From NCBI GenBank assembly GCA_046563655.1, contig CM102286.1, forward strand, positions 2,232,001-2,296,000: DNA of 64,000 bases, read 5' to 3'. Numbering within the stretch: position 1 is the first letter of the stretch; each line of letters opens with the position of its first letter. The notes below the pieces were generated by a model. It was not told the DNA's origin. It saw nothing but the letters and a program-made list of their open reading frames with translations, and did not search any database. Position numbers and translations under genes: made by a program. Of this stretch, positions 48,182-60,600 are shown piece by piece. The DNA comes from Yuukianura sp. NJ FZ-2021. Taxonomy: Eukaryota.

Positions 48182-51100
48182 TCAGTCTGGAAAGAAGTCC
48201 TCAACCTAGCGTGCGTCGTTTTCTAAAAAGACTCTGGACACAAGAGTCAATTCTACAGTGAACATATAGAGAAAAAAAATATCAGTGTAGAATTGAAAAA
48301 GTGAACATACCAGCCGAATTTTCATCAAGTATTGAACCCAAATCCAGCGTCTAATCATAGTATTCACCAAGTCCTTTCTTAGTTACTCCCTCCAAATTTC
48401 AACTTTTCAACAACAACGTCTGTAGCCAACGGGCGGAATTCAAAACAATTCAAGAACAAAAAAGTTTTTGTGGAGGAGGGTTAAATAATTGAAGGGCCCT
48501 GGCAGGTCAGTCTTATTTTCAAAAAATTTCGGAACTGGCGTCGAAGCTACTTTTTTCAAAAAAGGAGACTTAAAGTACCCAGCCCTTTTCTTCTTCTAAG
48601 GAAATCCAATGTGTCCAAGGAGACTTTAATCTTAAGAAAAATACGAAATCCGCCTCTCACAAGTTTCAATTACAAAACAAAAGGAAGACAACGACGACGC
48701 AGTGTCAACTATTTTCATCTTTTTTCTTTTGGAGTAGGCCCTTAAGTACCCCCCTGATCAAAGTGACATTTTTGAAGTTTTTGAGAAACTGTTCTGCGTA
48801 GTCGTCACATCCTTGTAAATGACCCCATGTCACCCCGTGTTTCCAAGTTTACAACTTTAGTTTCCTCATAGCCAAGTGTTGAATCACACATACAAGGTAC
48901 TACAACTTTTTGTCGCCTACGTCAAAACATTTTTTGAGAGTTTTTGATGTTACTGTCCATCAATTGCATTTTTACATTTTGTAAAAGTTAGTTTTTTATG
49001 AAGTGGTTTCGTCCTGCTAAAACGCCATCAAATTATAAAACAAACAACAAAACCACATGAATAAGCTCTTTGCTTAAACCAAAGTTGAAACTGAGATTAT
49101 GAAAAAGTGAAGTGAAAGGCATAAAAAGTGAACAGGTTAGAAATTTTTTGGGTTTTGCTTCATTGCATTTTTATCATTCACGGCTCTCATTATTGGCGAG
49201 TGAATTTGAGTTTTTTGAAAGTGGAAAATACACTGACTAAAGAAATTGCAATTTTTGGGTTTTGGATATTTGTCAAAATTTCGAGTTTTACTCACGTTCC
49301 GGTTTCTTCCGTTGAGTCATCCATTCATTTTTGGAAATATTTGTTGTAAGTAACCTTGGGGTGAAATCCGCTCCCTTTTATGTTCTTGTGTTTGGTTTTG
49401 TTCTTTATTGCTCATCTTCAAATCCAAATTTTGAAAAAAAAAAAAAAAGTCAAAATTTTTTCAGAATTTTAATACAACGAAGAGCTAAGGGATTTTGCTT
49501 TGGCGGATATTTACAACTTGTATGTTCATTTGTAAGTCAAGAGAGAGTAATATTGAATGGAAATTTTAGTCTAAACAAAAATTTATAGTCGTAATTGATA
49601 GTCTTTTTGCAAAGAGAATCTTTGTTCAAATGGCTTATCAATAAAGAGACCGAAAAGAACAATAGAATTGAAGAGTGCGTTTTCTGCGCGTCCCATTTTT
49701 TTTTCATTACTTATTACTTTATTTTAGTGTCGTGGTCTATTGGAAATTTTGTACTTTCTTTTATTTTTTCCTTTCGTGTGTTTTGCTTCGCGTGGGAAAA
49801 GTTTTTTGACGAAAAATTCTGTGATGCTAGATTTTGATTTCCATTTTTGGTGTATTTTGATGTTTCGTTTTACATAATTGTATAGTGTGTTGTTATTTTG
49901 AAATTTTGTGTTGCCAATTTTATAGAAATTGAAAAATATGTTTTTCAGTTTTCTGTTCCAATTGATTTTTCTTACTAACCTCACATAACCTCAAATTTTG
50001 AAAAAAAAAATATAACCTTGGTCTGCCTGATTTTTGGAGCGAAGACCTTTTTTCTTCTTTTCTTCGGTTCTACCCCAAATCTCACGAAAAACTAAATCAA
50101 ATTTTCTGTTCAAAATTGGGTTAACGTTTTGGTTTTTTTTTTTTGTAGCTGACTTTTGCCTCTCTGAATTTTGTCACATTTAACCTTTTTAGCTTAACAA
50201 AGTTTCATCAACCGAATTCCTACAAACAAAATTGTTTTTAATTTTTGAATCGACTTTTCTGAAAAGTTTAGGTTTAGAAAATTTCAAAATTTTGAAAACT
50301 CTTGAGGAAATTCTGTTTTGTTTTAAGTAGGTTTACGAGGTCAGAGAAGGAAAAAGGACGGCGGCTTTTAGTAGTAGTCCTAACTATTTTGTTTGAAGAC
50401 ATAAAAGCGTAGTTACACTCTTAAAGGAGGGAAAGGTCATTGAGGTCATTTCGGTGTTGTTTTGTCATTCCTAATTCTGTTTCTCGTTTCTTCTTATAGG
50501 TTAGGAGATTAGACTACTACGACTTGAAGTTAACGTAAGAGAAACTGAACACAGAATACTAAAGTTGGAAACTGTGAGACACAACACAAACTACATTTAC
50601 TGTCAACCTTGGTGACAACGTCGGAGGTCACCTAATACCGAAACCCTAATTAAAGTTTCCGTTTTTCGAAAACTGTTTTCGGAAAAGGCAGAAACAACTT
50701 CCAAGACAGAATAAAGTTAAAGTGGTTTGTTCCTCACGTTATACTTCAGTTTTTGTGTGCAACCTAACCAAAAGGAACGAAAGTCGAGAGGATCCATTGA
50801 TCGTTCCAAGTCGTCTCCAACTACAACTCCCCACGGTCTGTCCAAAATCGGCAAAACTTCATCTCGTCATCATCATCATCATCTTAGTCGTCGTCTTCTG
50901 CAGAAAAACCTCACTTTTGCTCCTTCTGCACAAAAACTTCGCGAGAGGTTTTAGTTTTCGCTGAAGCGACGCTTGTCGTGCATCCTGTGTGTGAAAGAAC
51001 GCCGTCATTCCCTCCGTTCGTTTCGTTCTTGTCAATTATCGAGTTTTCCAAAGTGGAACCAAGCCAGTTTGTTCATGTGCTGCTAAGGCTGAAGCGGATG

Positions 51101-51677
51101 CTGAGTTCTTAAAGCTTCATCTCTAAGACTTAGTTCATAGTGTCTTCCATCAGTTTCAGAATCAAGAATCTCACGTGCGGTGAAACTGAGAAAACAGAAG
51201 ACTGACTACGAAGAAGAGGATTTTGAGACTCATGAAAAGTGAATGAAGGTGGATCTCTTAAAAGATCAGAATTTAATCACATCAATTCTTTCGAGGAAGA
51301 AGAGAAAAACTTCATGTCAAGAAGATCAAGTCCTTACTCACTTAAATGCAGTTGAAACGGAGGAAATACTGAAGAAACTGAGGAAATACTGAAACGGAGG
51401 AAATTGTTGCGAAAGTGAGGAAATACTGAGCAAATCGAGGAAATTCCGAGAAAATTTGAGAAATAGTGAACGGGCTGAGGAAATTGTGGGGAAAGTGAGG
51501 AAATACTGAGCAAATCGAGGAAAGTGAGGAAATACTGAGGAAAGTTGAAAAATACTGAAGAACCGGAAATACTGAGGAAAGTGAGGAAATAACGAGGAAA
51601 GTTGAAAAATACTGAAAAACGGGAAATATTGGCGAAAGTGAGGAAATACTGGAGAAAGTGAGAAAATACTTCGGAAA
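48182..51677 (+). promoter_or_regulatory. Probable transcription start and long 5' UTR of the uncharacterised gene
   Basis: Inr-like TCAGT at 48182, donor CAG|GTCAGT at 48506, and branch/polypyrimidine/TAG acceptor at 50499 opening an exon that runs to the ATG at 51678. Inference from motifs only. Confidence 0.45.
51355..51675. repeat. Purine-rich minisatellite (GAGGAAATACT / GAAAGT units) directly upstream of the 51678 ATG
   Basis: Many GAGGAAATACTGA-type units over ~320 bp. Confidence 0.85.
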
Positions 51678-54600
51678 ATGTTGAGATACAACAACAGTAG
51701 TGGAATAGGTGCTGTCAAGCCGGTTGACTACTACCGCCCTCTTACAGTTGACGTAAGTGTTGAGTATGAGTTACCAAAGGAAGTGGCCCCACCGAAAGGC
51801 AGTGCCCCACTTCTTATCATCCATCCGTCAGCCTACTTCCGTTCCAAGCCAAATTCAGCCACTTCGTCCCCCACCAAACCCAGCCACCATCAATCCACCT
51901 CCAGAGCCACCACCAGCACTGCTCAGAGTCAGCAGCGCTTAGGTGACATTGCCTCTACACTCTACTATTTATCAACCAATGGCCTTCCCCCGCCGCCACC
52001 AAACCAAAATTCATCTCCGCAGCAACATATCACTGGCAGTAGTCGTGGAGCCAACCGTGGCCTCACCGCGGCCGATCCAAATACCTCCAGAATCACACGA
52101 TCTCGAACGGCCAAGGCCCAAAACTGTGATGACTACCGAAGTAGACTCATGTCGTTGACAGCATCAGCATCATCCACCACAACTGGAACGGCTCAGTCAA
52201 TGAAATTTTCTGAGAACGTGGGTGGGAGAGGCGGAGTTATCAAGAAAGTGGGACATTCGCAACAGAACCACCAAAGTCTGAATCAGTTTTCACAAAACCA
52301 CTTGGACGGAAGTGGTGGCGGTGGATACTTGGCTGCCGGTTATGGTCCAGTTCCAATGGATTCGTCCTCTTCTGTCCCAACTACAACCTCAGCAGTACTG
52401 TTCACTCAAGGTCAGCAACCAGCTCCTCAGCAGCACAGTCGCACTACTGCTAGCAACAAACGCCTGCGCATGATGAATCAACAACAACCGACAATGTATC
52501 CCCCAAACACCACCAATTCAAGTGGACTCATGCTGGAACCTTTGAATCTCGCTCTCACGCCCACACCTCAACTTCCCACTGCCTACAACAATCAGCCATT
52601 TTCAACTTTTTTAGGCTACGGTGGTCTCCAGTCGGCCGTTCCGCCTGGACGACCAGGCAACAACAGTCCGTCAACGACCTTGACAGGTCAAACCAATCAA
52701 GCTTACCCACAACAACCCCAGCATTTGACCAGTTTCCAACAAAATCATTTCCTAGCATATGCCCAGCAACAACAACTTCAGCAGCAGCAGCGCCATCTTG
52801 TGACAGGAATGGCCAAGGAGGGCCCTGTACCTGTGGACAAGGGCTCTGGGTCTGACAGTGGCGTTTGTTCTGAAAATGATTCAGACGTGTCTCCTCCCAT
52901 GGCAGCGGCGCCTTTTTCAAATACAACCTCAGCTTCAAGTCAAATGTCGAGGAGATCGAATCTCACAGCCTCTCAAGAATTCCCTGGCGCAGGTAAGGAT
53001 TTTCTAACCTAACTTGAAGCCTAGCCTAACTTATAGCCTAGCCTTAAGAAATAGACTTTAGATGCGTAGGAGCGCGCGTTTGTTCAAAGTCCTTCCACTC
53101 TCCTCTCCAATTTCTTTGTTCTGTTCTGATCTTAAGAATGTTCGAAAGGCGCTTCTTTCGTTCCAGGCGGATCAGAAAAGAAACTCATAAGAAGTTTTCC
53201 TGAGCTGAGGGCTTCGTTTTTTCTAAATGGACTTTTTTCGTTTTTTGAAAAAAGCTTTTCTGGTTCGTGTAATATATAAGAATGGATCCAAGGAGAAATG
53301 ATGAATGTCTCTTTTCCGAGAGGGCCGAAGGAAAACGTTTTTCCCCTTACAAGTTCGTGCAAGTTCCAAGCTCAGGCTGGAACCTCGCCCTTAAGTCTCC
53401 CGGCAAAGGGCTCTCTTCTTTTCTTTTGGCAGCAGAATTCCGTGTGTCTTGAAAAAAAATTAGAAAACGGTTCAGTTTTGAACATACCGGTTCGCCCACG
53501 GTGTCTTTACAAAACAAACTTCCTCATTTTCTGGTTCTCTAATTGTAAGTCTGAACGGAAACGCTAAAACTCAAATGCTACCGCCTAAAATACGCTGGAA
53601 TGTTGGTCATGTTCTCATCTTTTAAAAATTCACATAGAGTTTCGAAATTCACACTGGTTAGTTTTAGTTTTTTTTTTTCTATCTTTCAGCTATTTTTGAG
53701 CACTCAATACTCAAACAAATTTGTTTCTGACATAAAAATGAAAGTTTGGATTTTCAAAATTTGGGTATAAAGACGCTGGTTATATTAGAAATTACAGTTA
53801 AAAAAAATTTGTTCAACTAACCAAACTTTTGTTCAATAATTTTTAGCGCCATTTATGAAACTGACTTCAGTTAGCTAACTTAACTTAAGTTAGTTAACTC
53901 ATAAAACGTAAGAAGAGCAAATTGGTTTGAAGTTTTGCGCCTGTGTCGACATTTTTTTTTATTATGTGTACAATTCCAAGAGTTTATTTCAGCAAGCAGC
54001 GAAGAACAAATACAAGTCTAGTAAAGCGTCTTTTTTCACTTTATGTTTTCAGTAACTTGTGCAAATTTCCTTTCGGAAAGTTAAGGAACGACAATTGAGC
54101 TTCACTTTTAGTGTCACTTTTAAAGGCTTCTCGAAGGAAGTAGAAAATTTTAAAAAAGCGAAAAAATGACAAACCTATACTTTGTGTTTCCTGCGTCCTT
54201 TTAACTTTTTTTAGAGTCTCTCCATGATATTTTTATTTAACAATTTTTTTAAACAAGAAAACATTATCCATCCTCCACCCTTTCCTCCTGCTGCAGTCAA
54301 ACATTTGGCCTCCTTCGACTAAAATTGTTATTTAACAAGCGTCAAAATTTTTTGTAGCTTTTTTTTTGTAACATGGATATGAAGAAATCCATAAATTCAA
54401 GTCCACAGCCCAACTTTGTTTTTTCTATGGGAAAGGGAGATGCATAAGCGTGGAGTAGTTACGACAGACGACGACAAAAGGCTTCACATACAATAGATAT
54501 TAATGCAACTTCCCGTTTGAACTTCTGCAGCGATCACCAGCGTTCGTTCGCAACGGTTCGTGTTTCTGGGGGAGATGAAAGAAAATCTAACTTTTCCCAT

Positions 54601-57600
54601 CAAAACTACACTATTCAATTCCAAATTCTGGTTTCTAGGGCTAGCTGCTAGCTGCAGTAGGTTTAAGTACGTTTGAAGTGTTGACGAAGTTCTGCCTAGC
54701 CCATACTTCCCACTACGATTCAATTGATGTTTTTGTAGAATGATAATTTTAAGTTCCCAGAACTTGAGTTTGAATAGAACTAACGACGACGGTAGAAAAG
54801 TTAAAGACGGAGGTGTTATGATTTACAAAAGATTTCAATAGAAATAACGTCATGCCAAAGTTAATTTTGTGGAACTGGTTAGGTTTAAGTATTTGCGGTG
54901 GAGGCGGAGTCATGAAAATACTGGCAGTACTTGGGGTTAAAGTCCATTAACTCCGGTCCAATCAGCATCCAAAATCTGTAGCATTTTATTGTTAGTGCTG
55001 CCGTAATGAAAAAGTTGAGTAATTTTTCTTCTGAACCGCTTCCACACAGTTTTACTACACAAATTTTTTTTTTACTGTCGAGAACACATTAACCAGTAAC
55101 TAACTAACTGAATTTCCATTTTTCTCTTTTGTTGCAAAAGAAATAAAACTCTAGATTTAATTTTTTGGATCTTCAAATTCCCAATGCGAACTTTGAAAAA
55201 AAAATTTTTTTTACTAATTTAACTAATACAGGTTTTGTCAAAAAAAGATACAAAAATTCGCAACAAAAATCCTAGAAAGAAAAAGGAGGAGGAAGGGAGA
55301 AAATTTGATGAAATTTTCACTCTTACAAAAAAGTTTTAGTTTTTTTTTCAAAAAGCCACAACTGTACTTTGAGAAGGTTTTAATCAAAAAGGAGGATTTA
55401 ATAAAAAATTTGGGCTAAAAATATTCAAGGTCAAGGTCGTTCATAGTTCAATGCACTTTGTGATCCATTCCGGACTTTGTTCAAACAATTCTATACTTTG
55501 TAAATTGAAAATTAGAAAGTAGAATATTTTGAATAGGCGGCATTAGCTTCATGATTTCAAAAATGAAAAAGTGAAGAGACGAGAGGGAAGTATGAAATTC
55601 GTGTTCGTGGATTACTAAACATGAAGTGACACGAGAGAGAAGCTTGTTCTTTGTTAAGGATCCAAAAGGAAGAAGTAATTTAGAAAATAATCCTTCATAC
55701 AGATCCATTTTCAAAATGGTTTTTGTGACTCCAACAGGATGATCGTCGTGTGTGGCAACAACGTGCCCCTCATTGTTCTTTCAAAAACGTGTATCATCTG
55801 GAGAACTCTGTTTCCAAAATTTTATTTTTTGAATTTTCCCTCGTCCTAAGCCTCGGTTGGTCGTCAGAGTCATAGATTTTTCCAGCTTCCCTTTCAGCTC
55901 CACTCCAGCACTGTTTCCTGTACCGCTGATTTCCTTTTTCAAAAAAATATGGATAGGGAGAGGATGTGTCTGGTTGTGATAGTTTCCATTTCCATTTGGT
56001 TTGGCTACTATACTGCCAGTATCATGCTGCCGAGTTTTGCTCCTATACTGGCAGTACTATAATGCTGTCGAAAGCCCATCTCTCTTTTCTTCCGAATCTT
56101 TGACACTTCCCTAGGGTATGCGTCTCCCCCTCCGTAGTTAATCCTAAACTGCTGCGGCTAGATACAAAACTAACTACCGTTTTTAGATTTTTAGAAAAAA
56201 TCGAGATTGAGTTGCGCTTGCGCAGGAGTTGAGATTTTGAAAAGCTTTCTGTTGAAACTGGAGAAAAGGATTTTGAAAATTTTGCCGTTGCAAACTGAAG
56301 GAGGAAATTTTGAAAAGTTGGCCGCTGCTACATTGAAGAAAGAGATGTTGAAAATGGTTTTGTTTTCAAACAGGATCTAAAATTTTTTGAAAAGGAAACT
56401 GGTTAAGTTCGGCTTATTTCGAAAGTGGCTGAATTCATTCCCCCAAAAACTGGTTTTTCGAACAAAACTTTTTTTTTCAGATTTTTTCAACTGTGAACTA
56501 GAGTGGATTTTTGAGTCAAGAGGAAATATATTGCCTTAAGTCTCTCTTTCCTTTGATGTAGCCTCCAGTACTGGCAAAAGGTGCTGAACTTTGAAAAATT
56601 TCGCCACGATTCGATTTTTTCAAAATTTCAAAAAATTCTAGACAGGATTTTCTAAAAGTGAAGTCGTAAAGTTACTGTTGCGCTGAACATTTTGTTAGAT
56701 CCTTGGGAAGATCACTTTCGTTATTTTGAAGAACATTTTTATTAGTTACAGTTTTGATTAGACGGATGAAGAAAAGCTAGAGTTGTTGGAATTTTGAAAA
56801 GCAGCGCTTCAGTTTCCAGTGCTCTTAGGAGTAAAAAAGAAAATGAGCGTGAGGCATGCGGGAATCGAACCCTCAGCCCTAACTTTTATCGTTTTCTTTG
56901 TTTCCATCGAGGCAGGGCCCTTAGTCAGAAGGGCCCACTCTCCCTTGGAATAAAGTTTTTATGATCTTCCTATATAAAATACCCTTGGCATTTGTTAACT
57001 TTTTGTCCAAGGCCTGTCAGGACTAGGGAGGGGCTCTTTTCGTTTTTTGGAACAGAGAACTTTCTGAATTGAATTATTGGATAAGGGAGTGCAGGAAAAG
57101 CAGCACACAGCCATTCCTCCCTGCTGTCTTGATGAACATTTCTCTCCTAAAAGAATCCAATTTTGATCGCATGAAATTTTTTCGGGACGGGAGACAATTT
57201 TTCCGGGAGGGAACCTCTAGGAAAGCGTTTGGCAGAACAAAAAAACTAATGAGGGTAAATGTAAAATTTTGAAAGTTCCCTATGGGAAATATTTTTTTTC
57301 GGTGGATACAGAAGTAGCGACGGCAGAAAATGGAGAAAGGGGGAACAAGCAGAGAAGCCTGGGAAATGGAAATCGGAAACCCACTACCACATGCTCACGT
57401 AATTAAATGCCATTTGACAAAAATTTCGAAAAGTTGCGGGCTTATTGGGCCTAACACTGAAACATTATTGGTGAGCATAAGGCTTCAAGTGCGCATGCGC
57501 AAGGCTTCTTTCTTTTGTGTCAGTTGAGGAACATTTGGAAAAGTAGCGCCATGGGATAACGTTAGGGAAAGTGTGGCGTTTCCCTCTACGTTTTCCGCTT

Positions 57601-60600
57601 CTTACTTAAAGTTTCCCACTGCTTTCACCAAGCCCAAAAATCCAAATTTTTTTCTCCTGCCTATCTTGGTTTCAAAAATTTTGAAATTTTAAAGGCTTCA
57701 AAGTGTAGTTTTTTTAGAATTGGAAACCTTATAAAGTGGGGAAAACAAAAAAAAACAAAAAAAAAACGCATTTTGAGTGAAAATGAGGATTTGGCTGGAG
57801 AAAGTATGGAAGAGGGTTGATTTCCGCTTTCTTCTTTCTACTCTGCTGTACTTTTTGAGCGTCTTGAAATAAGGTTTTTGTGTACAAAGACTTTTGTTAA
57901 GGTTAGCTAAGGTTTCTATTCTGTTAGAACTCCATTCCAGTATTTGGGAAGAAGATTTATGAAATGGAAAGGAAGTTAGGCAGAGGGGAGATTCCCCCTT
58001 CATTTCACACTCTTGTTCTCTGCTTCTGCTTGCTAAGAGGGATGAGAACGGTAGGAAACCCGGGCATTTTCGGTTGTAGAGCTGAAGGAAGGCTAGGTTA
58101 GGAGGAGTCGGTTCCCCTTGGTTATTCGTTCCTTTTATTACTCTCAGAATAGTTATTAGGAAGTTTAGTCTCGGATGCTGCTGGCTATCTAACTGCTGGC
58201 AACAAGCTAAAAAGCAACATGGTTGCTCAATTGGAACTACTGGCTGGATGAGGTTCTTCACGCGCCGTGTTTTGAATTCCGAGAACAACTTGGTGATTTT
58301 CCCGCGAAAAATTTCCAGTTCTGCCATTTCAGGCGATACTGCGCAGACAACTTTATCATATGACTTTAGAGCAAAGCTCGGCAGGAATTCTGAATTAAGA
58401 ATTTAAGCATACTATAGTTTTGCATCGAGAAAAAATTTCTTGCAGGACTCATTTTGACTAATACCAAGATTTGCCCAGGGGCAAAATTTTAGAGCAAATT
58501 TTGACTGAGGAACACAATTTGTCTGACGACAAGAATTTGGGAAGCAAATTTTGAGTAGCAACAAAATAAAGCAAAATTTTCCTAAAAATTTTGACTTAGG
58601 ATGAAAATAGGGCTTTGCTTTTCATAAGTTTTGGTGATTTTTGGCAACAATGGACAAACCATGAAATGTACAGTGTTGCCATTGTAATTTTGCCTTTAAT
58701 TTAAAACTCTGCGTTAAAAACCAACAAACCGGAACGAAATGATGGTACTTGCACTTCCATTCATTAGTAGCTTTAAAGTCCTTAGGTCCATGTCATTTGA
58801 TTTTAGAGTAGCCTGAGCAACTGCAAATGTTGGTAGTTAAGGACAGGAATTTAAGTAAGGGAAGAGACACAAAACTACATCGACTATTTGAGATAGAGGA
58901 CTTTGAGCAAATAAAACATTTAAGAACTCAAAATCCGTTTTAGAGTTTTGGAAGCACCTAAAACGGGTTTTTGGACAACACACGAAAAGCATCCATTTGA
59001 AAATGAATACTGAGAATTAATCAGGATCTGTCGTCTAGTGAGCACAGGTAGGAAGGAAACGAAGAGGCAGATGTGAAAATGCATAGGAAAATGATCCATT
59101 CATCCCAATGGACCAGGCAAAAAAAAATGTTATGGAGAAAGCACCAAAACTCGTTTTTCTAATTAGTCAATTTCACTCAAACAAGGACTAAATGAACTCT
59201 ATTTAAAAAAAATAACAAAAAAAAGTTGTTTTAAAAAGTTGTTTTAGAACGCAATTCAGGCATTAATTCTTTCCAAGTTTTTCAATTCAAACAATTTGAC
59301 TCATTTCGGGACAACTTTTTGTCAACAACATGCATTTTGTTTCGTTTTCTTTTTGCTGGAGAAAGTTGTGCCTTAAAAATTTTTCTGCCTTTGTTTTTGC
59401 TGTGTTATCTTTTGCTGTTTTTCACGATTTCGGGTGTTTGGTTTTAAATTTCGAGTTTTGATTTTGAATTTTTTTTTTACCTTGGTTTCTGATCGTGTTC
59501 AAATGGCGGTTTTGGTAACAAAAAAAATCGTTTCAGCAGTGTTTTTTTTATGTTTTTAATATCGATAGCGTGCCATTAGTAATTTTTTCTCCAATACAAA
59601 AAGCACCGGATACAGAAAGAAACCATTCAGGCATGAAAAAATTTCAGTACATACAAAGTTCACCTGGCCATTATAAAGAAAAATCACCCGTTTTTACCAA
59701 TTTTTGGTTCGAAAATTTTCCAAAAATATTTCTTTTGTTTAAATTAGTCTTGTCTAAAAATTTGAAACAAACAGAGGAAAGAGTAGATTGAAAAAATTTA
59801 AAATGTTCAAACTCCCTGTTTTTTTCCCGCTTCTTCCCTCGGGAAAACCTCATAGTCGTTCTACCACATTTCGTTTCATTGGTATTTCACTCTGCTTCTG
59901 TTTAATTTTGCTGAAAGCATTTATTTGCATTGGATGGTTAGGTTAACTTAACGAAACAGCAGAGCAATGGCGGTGGCAGCCGCAAACGTTAAGCTATTCT
60001 TAGGTCAGAAACTACCAGCAGTTATCTTATCGACCAAAAAGCAAAGGCAAACCACGCTGAACGCTGGTTTCAGCTCTACGCTGCTCAAGAGTTCATAATT
60101 TTCTGGATTCTGTGTCCACAGAGTTATAACAATGCTAAGTTGATAAGGACACTTTCAACCCTAAGTTATATACAAAAAACAGAGCACATTGTCTCAAAAT
60201 TTAGTTCAACCTAAAGATGACCTCCATGACCTCTGAACACATTTTTCAAAAAGGTTTTTTTGAAACTGTCATAAAATTTGGACATGGTTGAGCAGAATTT
60301 TGAAATTTCCGAGGTCTAATGAGCGGCAAAGCTGAAAACGGAGCCGTTTTGCTCTTTGGAAAGGCTGTTACTGTAATTGGACTTTTAAGAGTCAAGGATG
60401 TTTTTTGAAGAGGGAAAATTTTGAAAAGTTGAAAAGAGAAACAGTTTTTGACCTGATTCATGATTCTTGTGACTTTGTAAAGGCTTTCTCAAATTACACA
60501 CCTTTTTCATAATTGAGCGAGGGAAAATGAAATATTGAACAAAAAAGAAATGGTTTAGGCCTTTGGGGATGAGGATTTCAAAAAAGTAATTTCAAAATGG

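Noticed and set aside
56850..56877. tRNA T-arm/B-box-like GGTTCGATTCC on the minus strand
   Set aside because: No D-arm, anticodon arm or acceptor stem visible; at most a SINE/tRNA fragment.
57698..58327. 209-aa minus-strand ORF in the long intron
   Set aside because: Composition reflects AT-rich non-coding DNA; no recognisable domain or splice context.
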